Virus record (IMG/VR): IMGVR_UViG_3300005286_000490
Coordinates: 1 to 49,646 of that record
Strand: one strand, 5' to 3'
Length of the DNA stretch: 49,646 bases
Source of the DNA: a virus
Taxonomy: Duplodnaviria > Caudoviricetes
The position numbers were made by a program, and so were the translations under genes. Shown here in pieces: positions 16,915-25,676 of the stretch (its first letter is position 1; each line of letters opens with the position of its first letter). The notes under the pieces were generated by a model. The model was not told where the DNA came from. It did no database searches and saw only the letters and a list, made by a program, of their open reading frames with translations.

Positions 16915-17491
16915 CAACAGCCGCTCGTTCTCGACGATGTACACCCCAGAATGGGTGGATCGTCTGGCGCGAGGCTTCCGACGGAACCTGACCGTTCCAT
17001 ATCGGTTCGTTTGCTTCACCGACCGCAACTACAGCTTTGCCGAGCAAGTGGAGCAGGAGCGGATCAGAGCGACTGTTCCCGACTACGGGACCTGCATCGA
17101 GCCATATCGGCTTAACGTGCCGATGATCCTGGTCGGCCTGGACACCGTCGTGACGGGCAACATCGACCATCTCGCCGACTACTGCCTGTCGGACATGCCG
17201 TTCGCTCTGCCGCGCGATCCCTATCAACCCGAGCGCGCCTGCAACGGCGTCGCCCTGGTCCCGGCAGGCATGGAGGGTGTCGCGTCTGGGCCGATGGCGC
17301 CGAACGACATGGATCAGGTGCGGCGCTTTCCGCACGTCTTCATCGACGACGTCTTTCCCGGGCAGGTCCAGAGCTTCAAGGGCGCAGTGCGCGACCAGGG
17401 CCTGTGCGACACCCGCATCTGCTACTTCCACGGCCGCGAAAAGCCTCATGAGCTGCCCGCTGGCCATCCGATCCTGGAGCACTGGCGTTGA
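16877..17491 (+). CDS. GT-A fold glycosyltransferase-like protein
   Basis: YTPEWVDRL...RFVCFTD, GLDTVVTGNID, YFHGREKP. Confidence 0.72.
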   Translation: MLTVCTLLWGANSNSRSFSTMYTPEWVDRLARGFRRNLTVPYRFVCFTDRNYSFAEQVEQERIRATVPDYGTCIEPYRLNVPMILVGLDTVVTGNIDHLADYCLSDMPFALPRDPYQPERACNGVALVPAGMEGVASGPMAPNDMDQVRRFPHVFIDDVFPGQVQSFKGAVRDQGLCDTRICYFHGREKPHELPAGHPILEHWR

Positions 17492-18045
17492 GCATCGCGC
17501 TCGTCGTGGGCGGCGGCGCCTGCGTCTGGTCCGATGTCCGCCTCGCGCTCGAACTGGGCGAGTTCGACGCTGTCGTCGCCTGTAACGACGCCGCCGCGGC
17601 CTGGCCGGGCCGGCTCGATGCCGCGGTCAGCCTGCATGCCGAGAAGTGGGGGTTCTGGATGGAGCGACGCCGGCTTGCCGGTCGCCCTCTGCCGGACCTG
17701 ATCATCGGCCACGCAGAAGCAAAACGCGGCGTCGTTCCGATGCCGTCGTGCGTCACCGGCTACGTCGAGCATCGCTTTCCCGGCCAGAAGGACACCGGGT
17801 CCTCGGGCCTCTTCGCGCTCAAGTTCGCACTGGTCGACCTCGGCATTGATCGCGCCGTCCTTTGCGGCGTCCCGATGACCGCAGAGCAGAACCACTTCTT
17901 CGACGAGCGTCGCTGGGGCGGCGCGACATCGCACCGGCGAGGCTGGAAGCAGGCGCTTCCGCAGATCGCCGATCGGGCCCGCTCGATGTCGGGCTGGACC
18001 GCAGAGCTGCTGGGGAAACCCACGAGCGATTGGCTGGCCGCTTAG
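17488..18045 (+). CDS. Sialyltransferase/MAF(DUF115)-like fold protein
   Basis: ALVVGGG, VACND, GSSGLFALKFAL, AVLCGVPM...HFF. Confidence 0.55.
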   Translation: MSIALVVGGGACVWSDVRLALELGEFDAVVACNDAAAAWPGRLDAAVSLHAEKWGFWMERRRLAGRPLPDLIIGHAEAKRGVVPMPSCVTGYVEHRFPGQKDTGSSGLFALKFALVDLGIDRAVLCGVPMTAEQNHFFDERRWGGATSHRRGWKQALPQIADRARSMSGWTAELLGKPTSDWLAA

Positions 18046-18127
18046 GCTGCCGACATGGCCGAGGAGGGGACCTCCCGGCCGCCACCTGCGCGGGATGCGC
18101 ACCTATCCGGGATGGAAGGAAAGACCC

Positions 18128-18934
18128 ATGGCGATCAAGGCCATCATCGAGAAGCTGGAAGACGCGCCGGAGGCTCTGCGCGAGCACTATCGGGCCGGGA
18201 CCAAGGACGAGGGCGCGGAGGGCAAGTTCGTCCTCGGCGTCGAAGCCGTGGCGGGCTGGAACTTGGAGGACGTATCGGGCCTGAAGACGGCACTCTCTCG
18301 CGAGCGCACCAACGCTCAGACGGCCTCCACGCAGCTCGCCAAGTTCGTCGACCACGAGGGCAAGCCGATGGACCCGGGCAAGGTCCTGCAGGCGCTCGAA
18401 GAACTGGGCGAACTGAAGAAGCTGGACCCGAAGAGCCAGGCCGACCAACTCGCCAACTCGAAGTTCGAGAGCCTGAAGACCCAGCTGCTCGACACCCACA
18501 AGACCGAGCTCAGCGCCCGCGAAGAGCGGATCAACAAGCTCACCAGCACGGTCAGCAGCCTTCTCATCGACTCCGTCGCCACCGGCGCCATCGCCGAGGC
18601 CAAGGGCGCGGTCGAGCTCCTGCTTCCGCATGTCCAGCGCCACACGCGCGTCAAGGAGACCGACGGCAAGTTCTCGGTCGAGGTCGTCGACAAGGACGGA
18701 AACGTCCGCGTCAACAGCAAGGCCGAGCCGATGACGATCGCCGAGCTGATCACCGAGATGCGGGGCTCCGACACCTTCGGCCGCGCCTTCGACGCAGAGG
18801 GGCATACCGGCGGCGGCAAGCAACCCGACAATCCCGGCCCTGGCGCCGGCGGAAAGGCGAAGGGCGACTGGGGCGGCTCCCGCGAGGAACGCCGCGCCGC
18901 CATCGCAGCGAAGTTCAAGCTTCCGGCCGCCTAG
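18128..18934 (+). CDS. Capsid scaffolding protein
   Basis: Coiled coil, immediately before capsid; LEDVSGLKTALSRER, Gly-rich C-terminus. Confidence 0.8.
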   Translation: MAIKAIIEKLEDAPEALREHYRAGTKDEGAEGKFVLGVEAVAGWNLEDVSGLKTALSRERTNAQTASTQLAKFVDHEGKPMDPGKVLQALEELGELKKLDPKSQADQLANSKFESLKTQLLDTHKTELSAREERINKLTSTVSSLLIDSVATGAIAEAKGAVELLLPHVQRHTRVKETDGKFSVEVVDKDGNVRVNSKAEPMTIAELITEMRGSDTFGRAFDAEGHTGGGKQPDNPGPGAGGKAKGDWGGSREERRAAIAAKFKLPAA

Positions 18935-19044
18935 CCGGAACTAGCGCGTCTGGTTTCTCGGGATGAGGGCCAGCCGACCACGCGGGGCGGGACGCCTCGC
19001 AACAGCACCCGAGAACACCCCCAACCACAGCACGAGGTAGGACC

Positions 19045-20031
19045 ATGGCCCTGTCCCATATGCAGGTCTTCAACGAATACATCATGCCGGCGACCATCGA
19101 GACGCTGGCTCAGATGGTCGATCAGTTCAACGAGGCGTCCGCCAACGCCATCCGTCTCACCACGGAAGGCTTCGACGGCGACTTCCTCCAGGAGTCGTTC
19201 TACGCCTCCATCCACTCGGCCCAGCGCCGGGTCGATCGCTACGCCTCCAACTCGGCGGTGAACGCGACCGACCTGACCCAGTTGAAGGCGAGCGGCGTCA
19301 AGGTCGCCGGCGGGTTCGGCCCGATCCGCTTCGAGCCGAGCCAGATGACCTGGCTGCAGAAGCCGACCGCGGAGGGCATCGAGGTCGCCTCCCGCAACTT
19401 CGCCGAGGCACTGCTCGCCGACCAGCTGAACACCGCCATCGCCGCCCTCGTGGCCGCGATCGAGAACCAGCCGGACGCGACCTACGACGGCACGGCAGGC
19501 AGCCCGAACCTCGGGATCAGCTACCGCGCCATCAACTCCTCGCACGCCAAGTTCGGCGACATGTCGGCGAGCATCGTGGCCGAGGTGATGACCGGCAGCG
19601 TCTTCCACAAGCTGATCGGCCAGAACCTGACCAACGCCGAGCGGCTGTTCGAGGCCCGCAACGTCACCGTCGTGGACATCCTCGGCAAGTCCGTGGTGGT
19701 CACCGACGCCCCGGCGCTGTTCGAGGCCGCTTCCCCCGGCCCGGACCTCGAAAAGGTCCTGTCGCTCGTGGAAGGCGCCGCGACTGTCTACGACAGCAGC
19801 GACGTGATCTCGAACGTCTCGACCACGAACGGCAAGCAGCGCATCGAGACCACGCTGCAGGTCGACTACACCTTCGGCCTCGCGCTGAAGGGCTACACCT
19901 GGGACACCGCCAACGGCGGCAAGTCCCCGACCGACGCCGAACTGGCGACCGGCTCCAACTGGGACAAGACGGCGACCTCGATCAAGCACTCGGCCGGGGT
20001 CATTGCGATCGGTGACGCGTCTGTCTCGTAA
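19045..20031 (+). CDS. Major capsid protein
   Basis: 328 aa after scaffold; strong codon bias; KGYTWDTANGGKSPTDAELATGSNW. Confidence 0.88.
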   Translation: MALSHMQVFNEYIMPATIETLAQMVDQFNEASANAIRLTTEGFDGDFLQESFYASIHSAQRRVDRYASNSAVNATDLTQLKASGVKVAGGFGPIRFEPSQMTWLQKPTAEGIEVASRNFAEALLADQLNTAIAALVAAIENQPDATYDGTAGSPNLGISYRAINSSHAKFGDMSASIVAEVMTGSVFHKLIGQNLTNAERLFEARNVTVVDILGKSVVVTDAPALFEAASPGPDLEKVLSLVEGAATVYDSSDVISNVSTTNGKQRIETTLQVDYTFGLALKGYTWDTANGGKSPTDAELATGSNWDKTATSIKHSAGVIAIGDASVS

Positions 20032-20134
20032 CCAAGCGTAGGTATTCGGCGGGCTTACTAGTAAAATTGGCGAGCCCGCCGAGCATCTCACCTCCCGACG
20101 GGCTCTAACCACGCCCGAACGAGGAAGGTTCGAG

Positions 20135-20728
20135 ATGGCTAAGTACGCCGTATGCGCCGCCCCCGGCTGCGGCAACACCAAACATATCACCGGCGGATAC
20201 TGCTCCACCCATTATCAACGCCTTCGCCGCCTCGGCCGACTTGAGGGCCTAAAGAAGCCCCTTGCGACCCGCGGCGAACCTCAGCGGTTCCTGCTCTCAG
20301 CGTTCGATTACGGGGAGCAGGATCGATGCCTGATCTGGCCATTCGGCCGCGATCAGGAAGGACGTGGTCGGGTGAACTACAAGGGGCATCGATCACGCTT
20401 GGTGCATCAGGTCGTGTGCGAGGCGGTCCACGGACCACGCCCGGGCCCGACGTACGAAGTGGCGCATTCCTGCGGCAAGAGCCACGAGGCCTGCTGCAAC
20501 CCCCATCACCTGCGTTGGGCAACTCATGCAGAGAATGAGGCCGACAAAGCCGCGCACGGCACATCGCAACACGGACAGCGGAACCTGAGAGCGAAGCTCA
20601 CCGACGCCGATGTGGCCGAGATCAGGTCTCTCGTCGGGACAGAGTCGCAGCGCCGGATCGCAGAGCGGTTCGGCATCAGTCAATCGGCGGTCAGCATGAT
20701 CCAGAGGGGTCTTCGCTGGGCCGCATAG
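20135..20728 (+). CDS. HNH homing endonuclease 2
   Basis: CAAPGC...CSTHYQR; VAHSCG...CCNPHHLRWATHAEN; C-terminal HTH. Confidence 0.87.
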   Translation: MAKYAVCAAPGCGNTKHITGGYCSTHYQRLRRLGRLEGLKKPLATRGEPQRFLLSAFDYGEQDRCLIWPFGRDQEGRGRVNYKGHRSRLVHQVVCEAVHGPRPGPTYEVAHSCGKSHEACCNPHHLRWATHAENEADKAAHGTSQHGQRNLRAKLTDADVAEIRSLVGTESQRRIAERFGISQSAVSMIQRGLRWAA

Positions 20729-20739
20729 GAGACCCAGCA

Positions 20740-21288
20740 ATGACCAAGCCGTTCGAGATCATCTACTCGCAGCAGAAGTCCGACTTCATCGCCGGCCGGG
20801 CCTATGCGAACCCGCGTTTCTTCACGACGCCGCGGCAAGGCGTCACCAAGGTCTATCTCGTCGGCGACTGGCCGGAGATCCGCGCCGCCTACGAGTCCAT
20901 GGGCGTCGAGGTCGAGCAGATCGACGCCGACGAGGCCAAGCGCGAGACCGCGACGTCGGCCGACATTGGCCAGGAGGCCGCTGAGGACCCCGCCGCGGTC
21001 GAGATCCCCGAGGACTGGGAAGGCCTCTCCTGGCAGAAGCTGCGCGCCCTGGCCGCGAAGGTCAGCGACGACGCCATCATCAACAAGGACGGCGCCATCG
21101 AGGCCATCCGCAACGAGCTCTCGCGCCGTCGCAGCGAAGAGATCGCCTCCAACGGCCTCACCCGTCGCGAGATGAACGCGGACCTGGAGTCCATGGGCGT
21201 CGAGGTCGAGCCCGCCCTGGACATCGAGGAGCTCGCCGAGCTGCACGCCGAGAAGCGCGAGGGAAAGGCTGACGGCCAGAGCCAATGA
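20740..21288 (+). CDS. Acidic head-associated hypothetical protein
   Basis: After capsid; IPEDWEGLSWQKLRALA. Confidence 0.7.
   Translation: MTKPFEIIYSQQKSDFIAGRAYANPRFFTTPRQGVTKVYLVGDWPEIRAAYESMGVEVEQIDADEAKRETATSADIGQEAAEDPAAVEIPEDWEGLSWQKLRALAAKVSDDAIINKDGAIEAIRNELSRRRSEEIASNGLTRREMNADLESMGVEVEPALDIEELAELHAEKREGKADGQSQ
20893..21211 (+). repeat. 25-bp perfect direct repeat (two copies, encoding ESMGVEVE)
   Basis: GAGTCCATGGGCGTCGAGGTCGAGC at 20893 and 21187. Confidence 0.9.
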
Positions 21289-21758
21289 GCACCATCGCCT
21301 ATCGCGACGGTATCTTGGCGGCCGATAGCCAAGTCACCGATCAAGGTTCCCGCGTAGGGTCTACCACCAAGTGCGGCGAGCTTCCTGGAGGTCACCGCTG
21401 GGCCTTTGTCGGCAACTTGCAGCTCATGTGGACCTTCGCAAAATGGTGCGAGCGGGCACTGGAGAGCGCCGAGGAAGCGCCTTGGGACGCCAACGCTCCG
21501 TCGTGGACCGACAATGATGCAATCGGCATTCTGATCTTCCCTGATGGGAAGGTCAGTGAGTACGAGGGGCGTGGCTGGCTGCGCACTGACGCCGAGTTCT
21601 TCGCGTGGGGATCAGGCCGGAACATCGCCCTCGGCGCTATGGCTGCGGGCAAGTCTGCGACTGAAGCAGTCGAAATCGCCTGCAGCATCGACGTTTACAG
21701 CAGTGGACCCGTGACGACCCTTCGCGCCGCCGAAGTCGCGCATGCGAACGCCGCCTGA
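21285..21758 (+). CDS. Ntn-hydrolase (HslV/proteasome beta-like) peptidase
   Basis: MSTIAY...LAADSQVT...K; AWGSG..IALGAM; AVEIACSIDVYSSG. Confidence 0.75.
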   Translation: MSTIAYRDGILAADSQVTDQGSRVGSTTKCGELPGGHRWAFVGNLQLMWTFAKWCERALESAEEAPWDANAPSWTDNDAIGILIFPDGKVSEYEGRGWLRTDAEFFAWGSGRNIALGAMAAGKSATEAVEIACSIDVYSSGPVTTLRAAEVAHANAA

Positions 21759-22328
21759 ATGTCCCTGCTCCTGATCTTCAACACGGAGGGCACGTCGTTG
21801 ACCCTGATCGTCGAGGATGGGAGCGGAAAGCCGGACGCCGATGCGTTCGTTTCGCTCTCGGTCTTCCAGACCTACTGCGCGGCCAAGGGGTACGATCTGA
21901 CGGGCTTCGACCCGGAAACGGCCCAGGAGCCCGCCATTCGCCGCGCGACGATGTACATCTCGAACGCCTTCGCCTGGCCCGGGCAACGCGCATACGGACG
22001 CGATCAATCCTTGGCCTGGCCGCGCGAGGGTGCGCAGGACGCCGAGGGCTGGAACGTGCCTTCCGACGAGGTTCCCGTGGAGGTGAAGCAGGCGACCTGC
22101 GAGGCGGCCTTCTACGAGTTGCGCACGCCGAATGGATTGGCCCCGACGGTCAACCTCACTCAGCAGGTGAAGTCCAAGCAGGTCGGCCCCATGCGCAAGG
22201 AGTTCTTCGCGGGCCCCATGACTGCGTCGGCGGCGCGACCGGTGCTGACGATCATCGGTGACATCCTGGCGCCGCTGCTTGCCGGCGCCGGCCGAAACAC
22301 GCTTGTCGGGACGGCGGTGCGCCGATGA
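21759..22328 (+). CDS. Head-tail adaptor (DnaT-like family)
   Basis: LIVEDGSGKPDADAFVS, QSLAWPR, VPVEVKQATCEAA. Confidence 0.8.
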   Translation: MSLLLIFNTEGTSLTLIVEDGSGKPDADAFVSLSVFQTYCAAKGYDLTGFDPETAQEPAIRRATMYISNAFAWPGQRAYGRDQSLAWPREGAQDAEGWNVPSDEVPVEVKQATCEAAFYELRTPNGLAPTVNLTQQVKSKQVGPMRKEFFAGPMTASAARPVLTIIGDILAPLLAGAGRNTLVGTAVRR

Positions 22329-22564
22329 GCGACCCCATTACCTACGCTAAGGCTGGCGGACCGCCGGATGATTGGCACGGCCTCCGCGTCTTCGACCTCG
22401 ACACCGGGGCGGAGATCGAGCGCGTTGAGGAGGTGAATGCTGCGGAGGGATGGCTGATCCGGGCCAACCTCGACGAGCGCGGCTACGTCTATCCCGACCC
22501 CGAGAAGCCCGACGAGATCGCGCGCGAACGCATCAAGGGCCGTTTCGAGATCCGTCGCCCATGA
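22325..22564 (+). CDS. Hypothetical protein
   Basis: ATGA-coupled both sides. Confidence 0.65.
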   Translation: MSDPITYAKAGGPPDDWHGLRVFDLDTGAEIERVEEVNAAEGWLIRANLDERGYVYPDPEKPDEIARERIKGRFEIRRP

Positions 22565-22920
22565 TCCGCAACGACTACCTCGAGGATCGCGCCGACGCCG
22601 CCGAGCTCATCGACGAGTTCGGGCAGGACGGTGTCCTTCGCCGCCGGACGACGAGCGGTCCCGACTACGACCCGGACGAGGGCGAGCCCGACAATCATCC
22701 CGTCGCTTTTGCGGTGCTCGACTACACAAAGGGCGAGATCGACGGCACGCGGATCCTCGCCACGGACAAGAAGGTCTACCTCGCCGTCCGAGATCTGGCG
22801 GTCACACCCGGGCTGGATGACCTGCTGGTCGTGGGTGGAATCCCGCACAGCATTATCCAGGTGAAGCCGTTGGCGCCTGCTGGCACAGTGGTGTTCTGGG
22901 AACTGCAGGTGAGGAAGTGA
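22561..22920 (+). CDS. Head closure / head-tail joining protein
   Basis: LIDEFGQ, IDGTRILATDKK, PLAPAGTVVFWELQVR. Confidence 0.75.
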   Translation: MIRNDYLEDRADAAELIDEFGQDGVLRRRTTSGPDYDPDEGEPDNHPVAFAVLDYTKGEIDGTRILATDKKVYLAVRDLAVTPGLDDLLVVGGIPHSIIQVKPLAPAGTVVFWELQVRK

Positions 22921-23132
22921 TGGCGGGGGAGCACAGGCAGAAGATGGTTCTCGCCCAGGCGGCGCTCCAGGACATCATCTCGCGCGCCCAGGCCATCCAG
23001 GCGGCGACGATCCGCAGCGAGAGTCAGGAACGTGTGGTCGCGATGCGGGCTGAGGCACATGACCTGCTCGACGCCTATCTCGACCACATGTCCGCGGCTG
23101 CGGTTCATGTGAGGCAGATCCTCGAACCCTGA
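22920..23132 (+). CDS. Hypothetical protein
   Basis: Coupled small ORF. Confidence 0.6.
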   Translation: MAGEHRQKMVLAQAALQDIISRAQAIQAATIRSESQERVVAMRAEAHDLLDAYLDHMSAAAVHVRQILEP

Positions 23133-23135
23133 CCC

Positions 23136-24167
23136 ATGGCCAAACTGACGGCGCAAGAACAGCTCTTCCAGGAGCTGCTGGATCGCTATGGCCCGAAGGT
23201 CGCCAGGGCCTTCATGGACGCGATCGACGACTTGAGGTCCGGCGCGGACTTCCAGCGCCTGACAGCGGCCATTGAAGCCGGGGATCTCGCCGGCGCGATC
23301 GAGGCGCTGCAACTCGAACCCGCCGCCTTCAACGACCTCCTGGAGGCGATCCGCGAGACCTATCTCGCCGGCGGGCAAGGCGCGGCTCAGACCATGCGGG
23401 CCCCCGCCGCGGTCGGTGTCATCCGGTTCGACGGTCGAAACCCGGCGGCCGAGCGTTGGCTCCGCGAGGAATCCTCGGACCTGGTCACGCGGATCATTAC
23501 CGACCAGCGCACCGCCGTTCGCGAGGTGCTGGAGGCGAACATGGCCCGCGGCGCAAATCCGAAGGCCGCAGCTCGCATGATCGTCGGCGCGGTCAATCGC
23601 GCCACCGGCAAGCGGGAAGGGGGCATTATCGGCCTCACCGCGCAACAGGCCGGCTACGTCGACACCGCGCGCCAGGAGCTCGCCTCGGGCGATCCTGCGC
23701 AACTGGAGCACTATCTGGCCCGGACACGACGCGATAAGCGCTTCGACCGGTCGATCGCCAACGCCATCCGCGACGAGGAGCCGGTGCCGGCCGACATCGC
23801 CCGGAAGGCCGTTGCCCGCTATGAGGCGCGCTTGCTGGAGCTGCGAGGGCAGACGATCGCCCGAAGCGAGACCCTTCGCTCGCTGCAGGCCGCCAAGCAT
23901 CAGGCCTACCTTCAGGCGGTCGAGAGCGGAAAGATCTCGGCGAGCGCCGTGCGGCGCGTGTGGCGCGACGTTGGCGATCTCCGAGTGCGGCACACCCATC
24001 GCCTGCTCGACGGCGACACTGTCGGCCTCAACGAGCCGTTCCGCAGCCCGTCGGGGGCGCTGATGATGTTTCCAGGCGATACGAGCCTGGGCGCGCCCGC
24101 CTCGGAGACGGTCGCATGTCGTTGTGACGTGAACTACCGCATCGACTTCCTGGCGAACCTGACCTGA
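23136..24167 (+). CDS. Minor head morphogenesis protein (MuF/SPP1 gp7-like)
   Basis: TIARSET, WRDVGDLRVRHTH, FPGD...CRC. Confidence 0.85.
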   Translation: MAKLTAQEQLFQELLDRYGPKVARAFMDAIDDLRSGADFQRLTAAIEAGDLAGAIEALQLEPAAFNDLLEAIRETYLAGGQGAAQTMRAPAAVGVIRFDGRNPAAERWLREESSDLVTRIITDQRTAVREVLEANMARGANPKAAARMIVGAVNRATGKREGGIIGLTAQQAGYVDTARQELASGDPAQLEHYLARTRRDKRFDRSIANAIRDEEPVPADIARKAVARYEARLLELRGQTIARSETLRSLQAAKHQAYLQAVESGKISASAVRRVWRDVGDLRVRHTHRLLDGDTVGLNEPFRSPSGALMMFPGDTSLGAPASETVACRCDVNYRIDFLANLT

Positions 24168-24175
24168 CCGAACCG

Positions 24176-24622
24176 ATGGCGAGTTTCAGCGCGACCGTCG
24201 ACGCCTGGGTCAGGGAGACCAAGGCGCGGCAGACGGCTGTCTTTCGGGAGAGCGCTCAGCGCATCACCGAAGAAATCCTGACGCCCGTCGCCAAGGGCGG
24301 CCACATGCGCGTCGAAACCGGGTTCATGCGGGCCAGTCTCAGCGCATCGCTCGAAGGCGCCCTGCCGCAGCTCGCCGATCGCCCTGAGGCGGCGGTGAAG
24401 GCCACGCAGGAGACAGGCGCGCCGAGCGTCACGTTCGACGACTCTGCGGTCGGTCTGGTGATCTCTAACGCCGAGATCGGCGACACCATCACGTTCGCAT
24501 TCGCCGCCAGCTACGCACGGCACGTGGAGAACAAGTTCGCCATGGTCCGTCTTGCCGCCCAGCGCTGGCCGCAGGTCGTCGCAGAGGTCGCCAAGGAGGC
24601 GAAGGGGAGGGCCGGGGGATGA
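24176..24622 (+). CDS. HK97 gp10-like neck protein
   Basis: VETGFMRAS, YARHVE, MVRLAAQRW. Confidence 0.75.
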   Translation: MASFSATVDAWVRETKARQTAVFRESAQRITEEILTPVAKGGHMRVETGFMRASLSASLEGALPQLADRPEAAVKATQETGAPSVTFDDSAVGLVISNAEIGDTITFAFAASYARHVENKFAMVRLAAQRWPQVVAEVAKEAKGRAGG

Positions 24623-25023
24623 TCGACATCGCCGAGGTGGCCCGGTTGCTATTCGAGCGCTGTGAAGGGCTGTCTCTTCCGCTTGCCCTTCCGGAGGCGC
24701 CGAATACGTTCAGCCCGCCGGCCGATGGCAGGTACTTCGAGGCGCGGTTTTTCCCGAACGGGAACGCCTGGGAGGCCGTCCGCCGAGGAGCGCTGGCGCA
24801 AGGCCTGCTGCAGGTTACGGCAGTTCAGCGAAAGAACCGCGGCCTCGTCCCCCTCTACCAGCGTGCCGCGGAGGCGAAGGCGCTCTTTGCGCGTCCGCTC
24901 GCGCTTCACGGTCCAGGCGTGAAGGTCACGGTTTCGAACGACCCGGTCGAAGGGGCCCCGCTCGTCGATGCCAGCGAGGTCCGGGTGTCTGTGACTGTGC
25001 GCTGGAACGCGACCGCCGTCTGA
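24619..25023 (+). CDS. Tail terminator-like protein
   Basis: FSPPADGRY, QGLLQVT; precedes tail tube. Confidence 0.7.
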   Translation: MIDIAEVARLLFERCEGLSLPLALPEAPNTFSPPADGRYFEARFFPNGNAWEAVRRGALAQGLLQVTAVQRKNRGLVPLYQRAAEAKALFARPLALHGPGVKVTVSNDPVEGAPLVDASEVRVSVTVRWNATAV

Positions 25024-25092
25024 ATCCCCGCTTGGGGCAGCCCTCACCCGCCGAGATGGGCGCCGGCTTCATCACATCTGAAGGAGCCTCCC

Positions 25093-25605
25093 ATGGCTAT
25101 CCATAAGACTGCCGGGGCCAAGTTCTACATTGGCCCCGTGATCAATCCCGACGAGCTGAACGCGCTCACGGACGTAGCGGCCGTCGCGTTCTTCGAGGCG
25201 ATCCCAGCCAATTCCTGGGTTCAGGTCGAAGAGGTCGAGGACATGGGCGACCACGGCGACTCCGCCGAGGCGATCACGTTCACGGCCGTGAGCAATCGGC
25301 GCGTTCGCAAGCTCAAGGGCGCGAAGGACGCTGGCACCAAGAACATCGTAGTCGGCCGCGACCCGCTCGATGACGGCCAGGTCGCGATGGCGGCGGCAGA
25401 GGGCACCGACTTCAACTACGCCTTCAAGACGGTTCACGCCGACGCGCGGACCGCCGGGTACACCGACTCTGTCGACTACTTCGGCGGCATGGTGATGTCG
25501 AAGGCGACCCAGCAAGGGACCGTCAACACGGTCACCCGTCGCACCTTCCCGGTCGGGATCAACACCCCGATCTACGAGGTCCTCTCCGAACTCGTCTCCT
25601 CCTGA
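25093..25605 (+). CDS. Major tail tube protein
   Basis: RBS AAGGAG; RVRKLKGAKDAG, DPLDDGQ. Confidence 0.82.
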   Translation: MAIHKTAGAKFYIGPVINPDELNALTDVAAVAFFEAIPANSWVQVEEVEDMGDHGDSAEAITFTAVSNRRVRKLKGAKDAGTKNIVVGRDPLDDGQVAMAAAEGTDFNYAFKTVHADARTAGYTDSVDYFGGMVMSKATQQGTVNTVTRRTFPVGINTPIYEVLSELVSS

Positions 25606-25676
25606 ACCCGCGCGGCGCGCGTGAGAGCGCGCGCCCGCACAGCCACGCCTGACCCGATCCGACCAACGGAGCCCAC

